A stretch of DNA of 64,000 bases from a bacterium (GTDB lineage: Bacteria > Patescibacteriota > Microgenomatia > UBA1400 > UBA12108), in assembly GCA_021788365.1 (NCBI GenBank), contig JAJYKS010000003.1, positions 6,283 through 70,282 on the forward strand, in the 5' to 3' direction. The translations under genes were made by a program, and so were the position numbers. Each line of letters opens with the position of its first letter. Position 1 is the stretch's first letter. Shown piece after piece: positions 27,690-36,764 of the stretch. Below the pieces are notes generated by a model. It worked only from the letters and a program-made list of their open reading frames with translations. It did no database searches and was not told the origin of the DNA.

Positions 27690-27912
27690 ACAGGCGTTTC
27701 TTCGAGCTCTTGAGCAGAAAGCACACGAGCAGCGGAAATTGTCGAAAACCGAGATTCTTCCCCGATGGGCTGTGGGGGTAGGTGAGTGGTTGGTGGTAAA
27801 CCCCTGGCGGGTGTTGGTGCCTGCATCTGGAATTTTATATATCGCATTTCGGCTATTGTTGGGGGAGCAGTTTCGGACGCTGATTTTAGGGCTATTTGGA
27901 GGTTTTCGATGA
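27676..27912 (+). CDS. Small membrane protein (possible anti-sigma)
   Basis: Overlaps the sigma stop codon; charged N-terminus and one TM. Confidence 0.6.
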   Translation: MNKDEQAFLRALEQKAHEQRKLSKTEILPRWAVGVGEWLVVNPWRVLVPASGILYIAFRLLLGEQFRTLILGLFGGFR

Positions 27913-28223
27913 GCAGCAACCGTGCGGTGGGAGCATGGATCGCCTATGTGTGGATGACTACGTGGGCGGGGCTTGCCATTCACCCTTACCAGTCGATTAA
28001 GCGAATGGTGCTTGGGGATAGAGTACTCCTACCCGTTACGTTGTCGCCTACGTTATTCTTGCTCGCGTTGTTTGTGGTGGGGCGAGTGGGATCGCATTTT
28101 TTTAATCTTTATGGAATAACACGTGAATTGGTGGCATTTGTCTTGGGGAGTACGCTCATTGGGCTTCTCTTGTGGCAGGGGTTGCTTTTGGCTTTGATCT
28201 ACCGATTCTTCCGCGTGAAATGA
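27909..28223 (+). CDS. Small membrane protein
   Basis: ATGA-coupled to the upstream gene; 2-3 TMs. Confidence 0.65.
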   Translation: MSSNRAVGAWIAYVWMTTWAGLAIHPYQSIKRMVLGDRVLLPVTLSPTLFLLALFVVGRVGSHFFNLYGITRELVAFVLGSTLIGLLLWQGLLLALIYRFFRVK

Positions 28224-28251
28224 TTTTTTGCCAATAGGCGACAGTAGTGGT

Positions 28252-28467
28252 ATGCCTGTCGATTCTTGGACGCTGAGATTACATATTACTGGTGCGAGTC
28301 CGCGAAATGTTGAGGCTGAGAGTAGCCCCGCCCTCCCTGATGAGACGGAGTTTGTTTGGTTTGAGGGCACTCAGATGCCGCCAGAGGTTGAAGCGTTGCA
28401 AAATGCTCTTCGATCCGCCTCGCCCGCACTATTAGAAATGATTTTGGGTAAAAAAGATGGGGAATGA
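28252..28467 (+). CDS. Small hypothetical protein
   Basis: Fills the gap on the operon strand; no motif. Confidence 0.4.
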   Translation: MPVDSWTLRLHITGASPRNVEAESSPALPDETEFVWFEGTQMPPEVEALQNALRSASPALLEMILGKKDGE

Positions 28468-28526
28468 AGAAATAGTGGCAACGCTTGCTCCCTCTGGAGA
28501 ATAAAACGTTGTGCGATAATGTCCAC

Positions 28527-29114
28527 ATGTATTTACGAAAGACGGTGAAAGAACTCCAGCAGACTCCCTACGCGGCGAGGAAGACTGTTGCCGTTGACGA
28601 ACAAGACAATGAACTCGGTGAGACGCCACTTATTGTTGCACATCGTGATGGAGGTATAAAACATAGAGCTTTTTCGGTAATTTTGTATCGCGAGCGGGGA
28701 GGGAAAAAAGAGCTACTTCTGCAACTACGATCACAAGAAAAGCCGGTTTTTTGTGGGCTGTGGGCAAATACCTGCTGCTACAACATGGTACATGGCGAAG
28801 ACTACCTGGTGCGGGCGGCGACACGAACGAACGAAGAGATGGGAACAGCGGTGCAATCACAAGAGTTGCGAACACTGTATCGGTTTTCATACGAAGCGCA
28901 GGACGTTGAGGGGTGGTGCGAGAATGAGCTCGACACCGTAATTGTGGGGAAGTATGACGGCGTGGTGTATCCTGATCCGGCTGAGGCGGCTGACTATCGA
29001 TGGGTGGAGTGGGGAGAACTAAAAGGGGATATTGCGAAAAATCCAGATATATATGCGCCTTGGTTTAAGATGATTGTTGGGGATTCGCGAACTGAAGTTG
29101 TGTTTGGCGAATGA
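28527..29114 (+). CDS. idi: Isopentenyl-diphosphate delta-isomerase type 1
   Basis: H....HRAFSV, LLLQ.R...K..F.G.W.NTCC, ENE.D, P.P.E, PWF. Confidence 0.93.
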   Translation: MYLRKTVKELQQTPYAARKTVAVDEQDNELGETPLIVAHRDGGIKHRAFSVILYRERGGKKELLLQLRSQEKPVFCGLWANTCCYNMVHGEDYLVRAATRTNEEMGTAVQSQELRTLYRFSYEAQDVEGWCENELDTVIVGKYDGVVYPDPAEAADYRWVEWGELKGDIAKNPDIYAPWFKMIVGDSRTEVVFGE

Positions 29115-29169
29115 TTTTCTGGCTTTTAGCGACACCGTTTTTTGCCCATAGAGATGTAAGGAGGGGTTT

Positions 29170-29373
29170 ATGTCTGATGCTAATGCAATTCTCGAAGAAG
29201 TTCTTCGCTTGCAGCAAGAGGGGGGAGTGGAAGCTTTGGATACTATACGGGAATTGCTTGATGGAAATGGTTTATGCATGATTGATGGTCGTTTGGAGCC
29301 CGCAGACGGTTACCATGAAAGCTATTTGTCTATCCATCCGCCTCATCCGGAACAATCAGGATTCGGTGGCTAG
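29170..29373 (+). CDS. Small acidic hypothetical protein
   Basis: SD AAGGAGG upstream; abuts the mevalonate kinase gene. Confidence 0.55.
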   Translation: MSDANAILEEVLRLQQEGGVEALDTIRELLDGNGLCMIDGRLEPADGYHESYLSIHPPHPEQSGFGG

Positions 29374-29374
29374 A

Positions 29375-30214
29375 ATGGTGAGCGTTTTTGGGAAAGTGAT
29401 ACTTTCTGGTGAGCATGCGGTGGTGTATGGGAAGCCGGCCCTGGTCGCGAGCATAGATAAGGGAGTGTACGTACGTGCAAAGCGAGTACGGAGTCCTCAG
29501 CACTACAATAAAATTGTCGAGAAGGCTCGGGAGGTTGCCGGTGGCGACGAATACGTGTCGCTCCTCATTCACGGGGATTTACCGGTTGGTTCGGGGCTCG
29601 GGTCGAGTGCAGTGGTGGGAGCGGCGACGATTATGGCGGTCCGTGATCTCTTGGGTAAGCCCGTTACAGATAAGGACGAGCTGTTTTCGCTGACTATGGA
29701 GTGCGAGAGAGTTGCACACGGTAACCCTTCTGGCGTGGATCCGGCTGCAGTCGTGTATGGTGGGCTCATCCGTTTTATAAAAGGTGAACCGATCAAGCAC
29801 TTACACATCGCGAGACCGCTTTCTTTTCTCCTTGTTAATACGGGAAAGCCGATTGAGACTACGAGGGAGATGGTGGAGCTCGTGGCGGCAAATCCGAAGG
29901 CTCCGGTAGTGATAGAACAAATTGCAGACGTAACAGCGAGTATCCAAGCGGGACTCGAAAAGGGAAGTGACGTTACCACACTTTTTGACGAAAACGGAAA
30001 ACTTCTTGAACTTTTGGGAGTTGTGGGAAAAAAGGCAAAAGATCTGAGCGGAACCCTTCGAGGCATGGGGGCGAGCGTGAAAATAGTGGGTGCGGGCGGG
30101 GTAGGCAAGGGATCGGGGATGATGATGGTGCTTTCGCCGGACGTAGAAAAAATGAAGAATTTTTTGGATAATAGCAAAATCGATTATTTCGAGACGACGG
30201 TAGGGGGGCTATGA
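29375..30214 (+). CDS. mvk: GHMP kinase, mevalonate kinase family
   Basis: GKVILSGEHAVVYG, P.GSGLGSSA, HG.PSG.D, GAGG. Confidence 0.85.
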   Translation: MVSVFGKVILSGEHAVVYGKPALVASIDKGVYVRAKRVRSPQHYNKIVEKAREVAGGDEYVSLLIHGDLPVGSGLGSSAVVGAATIMAVRDLLGKPVTDKDELFSLTMECERVAHGNPSGVDPAAVVYGGLIRFIKGEPIKHLHIARPLSFLLVNTGKPIETTREMVELVAANPKAPVVIEQIADVTASIQAGLEKGSDVTTLFDENGKLLELLGVVGKKAKDLSGTLRGMGASVKIVGAGGVGKGSGMMMVLSPDVEKMKNFLDNSKIDYFETTVGGL

Positions 30215-31179
30215 GACAAGTGATTGCATCGGCACCTGGCAAACTCATGATTATGGGAGAGCACGCTGTCGTGTATGGTGCTCCGTGCATTGTTACCGCA
30301 GTGGACCAGCGAGTACGTGTTGCTGTGGGGCCGAACGGTGAGGGAGAGATACATGTAAAATCCCCCAATGTGGGTCTCGACGAGTACCACAAAAAATTGA
30401 GTCAGCTTGGTGTGGGTGAGGTACCCAAGTCTATGACTTTTGTGGAACATCTTATTAAACGTGTGTACAAGCGATATTCGATTTGTTCGGGGATAACGCT
30501 CACCACCGAGTCGGACTTTTCTTCGCTTTTTGGATTCGGGTCGAGTGCGGCCGTTGCGGTTGCGACAGCAGCCGCACTGTCGGAGTATTTTGGTTTAAAG
30601 ATGAGTAAACGAGACATTTTTGATGAAGCGTATGGAGCGGTCCTTGACGTGCAAGGTGTTGGAAGTGGATTCGACGTGGCTGCGTCTGTTTATGGCAGAA
30701 CGATTTACTATGTGACGCCAGGGAAGGTTATTGAATCAATTTTTACCGGAGAGTTGCCGCTTGTCGTGGGGTATACGGGGATAAAAGCGGACACGCCAAC
30801 TATTGTGCGGCAAGTGGCAGAACTGAAGCGTCGGGAGAAGTGGGTGGATTCGGTTTTTGGTGACATAACTACACTGGTGGAACGGGCAAAAATTGCGTTT
30901 CAAGGTAACAATTTTGTACAGTTGGGAAAACTCATGGATCGTAATCAAGAACTTTTGGGAACGCTCAATGTAAGCTCAGACATGCTCGACCAACTTATCC
31001 GCAGCGTACGTAAAGCGGGAACGTATGGGGCAAAGTTGTCTGGTGCCGGTGGAGGCGATTGCATGATTGCCATGGTTTCACCTGAGTTGCGGGACGCTGC
31101 CGGCGAAGCAATTGAGGAGGCTGGCGGTGCGTGGCTGAAGGTAAAAACGGGAGCCGAGGGAGTAAGATTGGAAGTATGA
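30211..31179 (+). CDS. GHMP kinase (mevalonate or phosphomevalonate kinase)
   Basis: APGKL...GEHAVVYG, GFGSSAA, GSG.DVAAS.YG, AKLSGAGGGDC. Confidence 0.85.
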   Translation: MRQVIASAPGKLMIMGEHAVVYGAPCIVTAVDQRVRVAVGPNGEGEIHVKSPNVGLDEYHKKLSQLGVGEVPKSMTFVEHLIKRVYKRYSICSGITLTTESDFSSLFGFGSSAAVAVATAAALSEYFGLKMSKRDIFDEAYGAVLDVQGVGSGFDVAASVYGRTIYYVTPGKVIESIFTGELPLVVGYTGIKADTPTIVRQVAELKRREKWVDSVFGDITTLVERAKIAFQGNNFVQLGKLMDRNQELLGTLNVSSDMLDQLIRSVRKAGTYGAKLSGAGGGDCMIAMVSPELRDAAGEAIEEAGGAWLKVKTGAEGVRLEV

Positions 31180-32159
31180 AAAAAACTGCTAAGGCACACT
31201 CCAATATCGCGCTTGTGAAGTATTGGGGGAAGGGAGATGAAAAGTTGCGGTTACCGGTGAATTCGTCTGCGGCCATAGCGCTCGACAACCTTACTACAAC
31301 AACAACGGTAGAATTTCAAGAGAATCTTACGGCGGACCAGGTTGATTTAGTGGGAGAAGGGTTTGAGGTGGGGGAAGTAGAAAAAGTGTCGAAGCATCTG
31401 GACAGAGTGCGGTTGCTGGCGGGGATTACCACAAAAGCAAAAGTAGTATCACAAAATAGTTTTCCCAAGGCGGCGGGAATGGCATCGTCGGCGTCGGGTT
31501 TTGCAGCCCTCTCGGCAGCAGCAGCAGCTGCTGCAGGTCTGCAACTGTCGGAGAAGGAGTTGTCAATTTTGGCGCGGCAGGGGTCGGGGTCGGCGAGTAG
31601 GTCGGTTCCGGGAGGTGTTTCTGTATGGCATGCTGGGACAAGTAATGAAACTTCGTATGCAGAACAGATTGAATACCCAAAGGATTGGGATATACGTGTT
31701 CTGCTGGTTATGGCGGAGGACACATCGGCTAAAAAGGTGGGGAGTACGGAGGGGATGGCTCTCGCCACGACGAGTCCGTATTTCCAGATAGCGGTGAGGG
31801 AGGCAGAGGCAAATATAAAAAAATTGCAGGCCTCGATGGGTGCGGGTGATTGGCGGGCATTTGGGAAGGTTGTTGAAGATGAATGTTTCCGCCTACATAC
31901 GCTTTGTATGACAGAGACACCTAATATTTTGTATTGGCGGGGAGTGACGGTAGAGGTTTTTCAGAAACTTTTGTCTTTGCGCGAGAGAGGGGTAATGGCA
32001 TTTTTTACTGTGGACGCAGGTCCCCATGTCCACGTAGTGTGTCAGGGGAAAGACGTGACGAGGGTAAAGGCGGAGCTAGAACAGTTAGGTGGGATAAAAA
32101 CGATTATAGAGTGTGGGATAGGCGAGGGGGCAAGGCTTGTTGAACAACATTTGTTTTAG
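31176..32159 (+). CDS. mvaD: Diphosphomevalonate decarboxylase
   Basis: NIALVKYWGK, AG.ASSASGFAA, ARQGSGSA.RS, DAGP. Confidence 0.95.
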   Translation: MKKTAKAHSNIALVKYWGKGDEKLRLPVNSSAAIALDNLTTTTTVEFQENLTADQVDLVGEGFEVGEVEKVSKHLDRVRLLAGITTKAKVVSQNSFPKAAGMASSASGFAALSAAAAAAAGLQLSEKELSILARQGSGSASRSVPGGVSVWHAGTSNETSYAEQIEYPKDWDIRVLLVMAEDTSAKKVGSTEGMALATTSPYFQIAVREAEANIKKLQASMGAGDWRAFGKVVEDECFRLHTLCMTETPNILYWRGVTVEVFQKLLSLRERGVMAFFTVDAGPHVHVVCQGKDVTRVKAELEQLGGIKTIIECGIGEGARLVEQHLF

Positions 32160-32165
32160 GAACAT

Positions 32166-32861
32166 ATGCTAGACAGAAATACCATTCCAAAACATGTGGC
32201 GATCATCATGGATGGGAATCGGCGGTGGGCGAAAAAACAAGGTTTAGCTGCTGTTGCTGGACACCAATATGCGATAGATCACGTTGTTGAAAATTTAATA
32301 GAGCGGGCGGGGGAGATGGGGGTCCAGTACCTGACCCTGTGGGCATTTTCGACGGAGAATTGGGGGAGAGAAAAGACTGAAGTAGATGGAATAATGAATA
32401 TGTTTCGCAATGCACTTGTGACGAAAGTAAAAAAATTTATCGAGCAAGGAGCGAGGTTGCGAATGATCGGGGATATGAGTCGATTTTCCCTCGACATACA
32501 AGAGGGAATGAAGAAGGCGATGGCGGCGAGCGAGAAAAATGACAAAATTATCGTGACATTTGCTCTCAACTATGGGGGGAGAGATGAGATTTTGCGGGCT
32601 ATCCGCAAAATCTCATCAGATTCTAGAAGAGAGATTCTAGAAGAGAGTGAATTTGAGAAGTATCTGGATACGGCGGGAATGCCGGATCCGGACCTTATCA
32701 TTCGTACGGGAGGGGAGCAGCGCATGAGTGGATTCCTTATGTGGCAAGCCGCATACGCAGAGTACTACTTTACCGAGACACTTTTCCCTGAGTTTACGCC
32801 AGAGAAATTTGACGAGGCGATTGCAGAGTACCAGAAGAGACAACGGAGATTTGGGAAGTAG
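32166..32861 (+). CDS. uppS: Undecaprenyl diphosphate synthase
   Basis: HVAIIMDGNRRWA, AFSTENW.R, NYGGR.EI, DLIIRT.GE.R.S.F..WQ. Confidence 0.97.
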   Translation: MLDRNTIPKHVAIIMDGNRRWAKKQGLAAVAGHQYAIDHVVENLIERAGEMGVQYLTLWAFSTENWGREKTEVDGIMNMFRNALVTKVKKFIEQGARLRMIGDMSRFSLDIQEGMKKAMAASEKNDKIIVTFALNYGGRDEILRAIRKISSDSRREILEESEFEKYLDTAGMPDPDLIIRTGGEQRMSGFLMWQAAYAEYYFTETLFPEFTPEKFDEAIAEYQKRQRRFGK

Positions 32862-32867
32862 GCTTAT

Positions 32868-32996
32868 GCTGATCGCACCCCCACTCCCAAACGCAAAACT
32901 CGGTCTATCTGCGACTGGTGTCGCAGCGACCTAGAACTCGGGCTACCCGCCACTTGCGCTCCTGTTTTGCAACTTGTGAGCGTGGGCGTGATCAGT
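32868..32996. repeat. Structured intergenic repeat, copy 1 of 3
   Basis: About 90-bp core CCCAAACGCAAAACTCGGTCTAT...GTTTTGCAACTTGTG shared with copies at 38504 and 55777. Confidence 0.9.
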
Positions 32997-32998
32997 TT

Positions 32999-33337
32999 TT
33001 ACGAGACGATGCTGACTTTGAAGATAACCTGGAGAATCTGGGCGATCCAGTAGGCGGCGAAGATAACAATAAAGCCGATCACGGCGTTGGTGATCATGGA
33101 CTTTCCCTTTTCAGCGGCGTCCTTTTCAGCAGCTCCGGTTAGCATGGTAAAACCACCAAAGATAAGCATGCCAAAAAGGATGATACCGGCTAATGTAAGG
33201 AGATAGGGTAAGAAAACGGAAATGATGCTACCAATATTTCCCGAGGCAAGGCTACCTTTAAGACCCAGCGTACTATTGAGGGTTCCGTATTGAGAAGTGC
33301 CGTAATCTATAGCGAAGGCGCGTGGTATTAATTGCAT
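32999..33337 (-). CDS. VirB2/TrbC-like pilin
   Basis: Short signal (AFA); GGF..LT.......KGK..ITNA.IG......YWI.Q. Confidence 0.82.
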   Translation of the reverse strand: MQLIPRAFAIDYGTSQYGTLNSTLGLKGSLASGNIGSIISVFLPYLLTLAGIILFGMLIFGGFTMLTGAAEKDAAEKGKSMITNAVIGFIVIFAAYWIAQILQVIFKVSIVS

Positions 33338-33338
33338 A

Positions 33339-33941
33339 TTAAAACCCTGGTAATTGAATGATACCACCCGCGACGATTCGAAGGAGTACAACTGCAAAAA
33401 TTATAAAAATAATTCCCATAACTGCGCCACCAAATAGTTCTTTTCCCTTCTTTACCGCCTCTGGGTTTCCGCCTCCCGTCATTATTTGGACTGTCGCCGA
33501 TAACATAACAACCAACGCGATTGCTCCCGCTATGCCTGAAGCGAATGTGAGAAGGTCTGGTGTAAATGTCCCGGGCTTGTACGGAATACATCCTATGGCA
33601 GTGTCAATCTTGCCATCGCCACACGTTCCTTGTGGATCTGTTTGGACGTGAGGTGTTCCAGTAAGCGCACCGGACGGTTGTGTTTGAGCCGTTTGCATGA
33701 GCTGATTGCAGTCTGCGGCGCCTGCGCAACAGTATCGACTTACGCTACCCGTTCCCGAACGAGAGATAGAGCAAAAAAAGGACTGAGAAGAGCTAGGGTC
33801 GCACGAGCTAGCAGCAATATTGGAGCAGGCCGCGTAAGCCTTGGGTGCGACGATCGTGCAGGTAATCGCGAGCGCAACGAAGATGCTTGGGATATATGAT
33901 AGGATGGATCTATGTTTCCGCGCCCGGTAAAGTTGCTGCAT
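33339..33941 (-). CDS. Pilin-module protein with Cys-rich N-terminal cargo
   Basis: Signal (AYA), 6-Cys domain, then C....IDTA.GCIP + pilin module ending LPGF, paralogous to the 935-aa protein C-terminus. Confidence 0.8.
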   Translation of the reverse strand: MQQLYRARKHRSILSYIPSIFVALAITCTIVAPKAYAACSNIAASSCDPSSSQSFFCSISRSGTGSVSRYCCAGAADCNQLMQTAQTQPSGALTGTPHVQTDPQGTCGDGKIDTAIGCIPYKPGTFTPDLLTFASGIAGAIALVVMLSATVQIMTGGGNPEAVKKGKELFGGAVMGIIFIIFAVVLLRIVAGGIIQLPGF

Positions 33942-35711
33942 ATTGCTGTCGCTATTTTAGTCGGATTGTCTCTAGTTATTCTAGCACACGGCCCAGCTGT
34001 GGCAGACAACTGTGATAACTACGACCAGAGGAGTCAAGCATACTATGACTGTTTGGGACGCAGCATTGACGACCTCAATAGCCAGTTACAAGCATCAGTC
34101 AATGCAACAAAGCCACTTCAGAGCCAAGTAGATAACCTTTCAAAACAACTTGAAAGTTTGCAAGGACAGATAACGGCAGCAGAAGGTAAGATCCGGAACC
34201 TTTCTGACAGCATTACTCTGCGCGAGCACTCCATCGCTAATCAGTACGTCATATTAGCTATCAAAGTGCGCGATTATTACAAAAAAATGCAGCTTTATAA
34301 CCCGTTTATGGTCTTCCTATCTTCGGGGCGGGCGAGCGACGTGGTGCGTGGACTTGCATATAGAGCCATTTCTGTGGACGATGACAAGAACCTCATTGTA
34401 AACATTACCAACGACATTATTCAGCTCGAAGCGGACAAAAAGCAGGTAGAGGCAGGGAAACAACAACTCGCAGCGCTTCAGGCTAAGCTTGATACACAGA
34501 AGGCGTTTTTTGATAAACAGATCGCAAGTGCACAGTCATGGCAAGCACAACTCTCAAACCAAATAGCGTCGCTGTCGGCCAAACAACAGGCGTTTTTAGC
34601 GGCTAAATTGGCAGGGCTCAATATTCCCCTATATGCCCTCTCTGGTGGTGGGTGTTCTAGCGATCTGACCAATGGTAAGGATCCGGGATTTTCTGGTGGC
34701 TTCGGATTTTTTACTTTTGGTGTGCCAAATCGAGTGGGCCTTAACCAATATGGCGCTTGGGGGAGGGCGAAGGCGGGGGAGAACGACGAACAAATCCTTC
34801 ATGCGTATTATAACTTTGATTCGATCTCGGGTGTGGATACGGGAACGACTATACGCGTGAACAACGGCAATGGGATAAATCAGGGCAGCGTCATTTGGAG
34901 CGGTAGCATAGAGGACTATGTGAAACGGGTGTATGAGGTCCCGGATAGTTGGACGGATAATGGAAATGCAGCGCTTAAAGCACAAGCGATCGCGGTACGG
35001 TCTTATGTACTTGCTGCAACCGATAATGGTGCAAACTCTATTTGTGCAAATCAATATTGTCAGGTATTTAAGACCGACCCTAAGGGTGGTAACTGGGACA
35101 GCGCGGTTTCTGGGACTTCTGGACAGGTAATGCTTCAGGGTGGCAAACCGATTAAGGCTTATTTTTCCTCTACACATGGTGGCTATGTGTATGCGACGGC
35201 AGACTTATCGGGATGGAGCTCGACATCGTTCACCAAGCGGGCCATTGATACCCCGTCTGGATCGGTATCGTCAATTTCTGATTTGCGAAGTAATGCGTAC
35301 GACCGAGATAGTCCCTGGTTTTACTGCGACTGGGGTGGGAGGAGTCAGTATGGGGGTACGGCGTGGCTGAAGCCGTCGGAAATGGCCGACATTGTAAACG
35401 TCATCCTCCTTGCCAAACAGGATAGCTCGGCGCAGTCACACCTTTCTCAACCGGATAAACCAAACCCAGAGGGTGTAGATACATGGGATGCCGGAACCGT
35501 TGCCGGTAAATTGGGTGGGTCCGCGTACTCCACGGTGGATAGTGTTAGTATGAATTTTGATTTTGGCAGTGGGAAGACTACTTCAGTGACTGTTTCTGGG
35601 AGTGGACATACAAATACTTTTGACGCTAATACGTTTAAGGATTATTTTAATTTGCGGGCGCCCTCGAATATCCAGATCGTGGGGCCACTCTATAATGTAG
35701 AACGAAGGTGA
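33912..35711 (+). CDS. Secreted coiled-coil plus SpoIID/LytB-like peptidoglycan hydrolase
   Basis: Signal peptide, long coiled coil, EDY....YEVP..W...ALKAQAIA.RSY, CQVF, A.FSST.GG. Confidence 0.88.
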   Translation: MFPRPVKLLHIAVAILVGLSLVILAHGPAVADNCDNYDQRSQAYYDCLGRSIDDLNSQLQASVNATKPLQSQVDNLSKQLESLQGQITAAEGKIRNLSDSITLREHSIANQYVILAIKVRDYYKKMQLYNPFMVFLSSGRASDVVRGLAYRAISVDDDKNLIVNITNDIIQLEADKKQVEAGKQQLAALQAKLDTQKAFFDKQIASAQSWQAQLSNQIASLSAKQQAFLAAKLAGLNIPLYALSGGGCSSDLTNGKDPGFSGGFGFFTFGVPNRVGLNQYGAWGRAKAGENDEQILHAYYNFDSISGVDTGTTIRVNNGNGINQGSVIWSGSIEDYVKRVYEVPDSWTDNGNAALKAQAIAVRSYVLAATDNGANSICANQYCQVFKTDPKGGNWDSAVSGTSGQVMLQGGKPIKAYFSSTHGGYVYATADLSGWSSTSFTKRAIDTPSGSVSSISDLRSNAYDRDSPWFYCDWGGRSQYGGTAWLKPSEMADIVNVILLAKQDSSAQSHLSQPDKPNPEGVDTWDAGTVAGKLGGSAYSTVDSVSMNFDFGSGKTTSVTVSGSGHTNTFDANTFKDYFNLRAPSNIQIVGPLYNVERR

Positions 35712-35713
35712 CC

Positions 35714-35838
35714 GGCCCTCCTTGCTATTTTTTGCTAACGACTCCGCTCCTTCCAGGAAAAATCAGTTTACTTGTGCCTCGCTGCACAGATTTTTCTTGG
35801 GCGGTGCTCATATATCGCAAAAAATACAAGAGAGTGCC
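35714..35838. repeat. Long irregular hairpin element
   Basis: CTTG-TATTTTTTGC/GCAAAAAATA-CAAG, GAAAAATC/GATTTTTC, TGTGC-CTCGCT-GCACA. Confidence 0.6.
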
Positions 35839-35866
35839 TGATTGTGATCTGTGTTACCATATACGT

Positions 35867-36529
35867 ATGGCAGACGTGTACTCCGCAGGTCAGGGACAGG
35901 CAACGCCGCAACCCAAGGCGTCCTCACCTATGGCACATATCCACGACATTGTGAATGCCCATGGCGTGGAATCACTCTTGTCTAGTTTTTCTTCGTTTCC
36001 ACAGAAAGTGTGCTTTGAGACACAGGATGATAATGAACAGGTAGTCCTTTTTATGCGACAGCACCCAATTGTGAACGTGCCTTGGATAACTCTTACCATC
36101 CTCATGCTTGTTGTCCCCTCCGTGTTTTCATTTTTTCCTCCATATATGATGATGCCGGGTACGTATCAGTTTGTCGTAACGTCGGGTTGGTATTTGTTTG
36201 TTTTCGGGTACGTGCTCGCTAAATTCATGGGTTGGTTTTTTAATATCTATATCGTTACTAACGAGCGGGTGGTGGATGTTGATTTCTCCAACATTTTTTA
36301 TCGTAGGATCTCTACGGCACGCCTTGAGGAAATACAAGATGTAAATGTCACTAGTGCGGGCGCGTTTGAGACATTCTTTGGCTATGGGCAAATCACCATA
36401 CAGACGGCGGCGGAGGTGCCGGAATTCGAGTTCGAGTCGGTTCCGCACCCAGATGTTGTAGGGAAGGTATTGAATGAACTCGTTGATATCGAACATGGTG
36501 AGGGAGAGAAGGGGGCACCGAACGTATGA
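35867..36529 (+). CDS. Bacterial PH (bPH_2) domain membrane protein
   Basis: E.V....R.HP, two TMs, YIVTNERVVD, IQDV, YG.I.IQTA, F..VP.P. Confidence 0.8.
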   Translation: MADVYSAGQGQATPQPKASSPMAHIHDIVNAHGVESLLSSFSSFPQKVCFETQDDNEQVVLFMRQHPIVNVPWITLTILMLVVPSVFSFFPPYMMMPGTYQFVVTSGWYLFVFGYVLAKFMGWFFNIYIVTNERVVDVDFSNIFYRRISTARLEEIQDVNVTSAGAFETFFGYGQITIQTAAEVPEFEFESVPHPDVVGKVLNELVDIEHGEGEKGAPNV

Positions 36530-36756
36530 ACACTCTCGTTTTTTTTCTCGAAAATATTACACTTTTGTCGATTGTGAAGTTCCTCATTTTGACGCTACTT
36601 TCCGTATATGCCGTTTTTGCTCTTCTTATGATGCGGCAGATCGGATCTATGACAAAAGCTGTCACGATAAAGGATGATGTGGTTATTCGAGCGCTAGGCC
36701 TTGTACATTTTGTATGTGCGGTGCTTGTACTTTTGGCAGCATTTATGCTCTTGTAA
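36526..36756 (+). CDS. Small two-TM membrane protein
   Basis: ATGA-coupled; Y..FA....RQI..M motif. Confidence 0.7.
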   Translation: MNTLVFFLENITLLSIVKFLILTLLSVYAVFALLMMRQIGSMTKAVTIKDDVVIRALGLVHFVCAVLVLLAAFMLL

Positions 36757-36764
36757 GGGGCAAC

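Noticed and set aside
31176-32861. AGR codon reassignment to Ser suggested by tRNA-Ser(ACU)
   Set aside because: Invariant Arg residues use AGA (uppS NYGGR) and AGG (mvaD GSASRS); TGA also acts as stop, consistent with code 11
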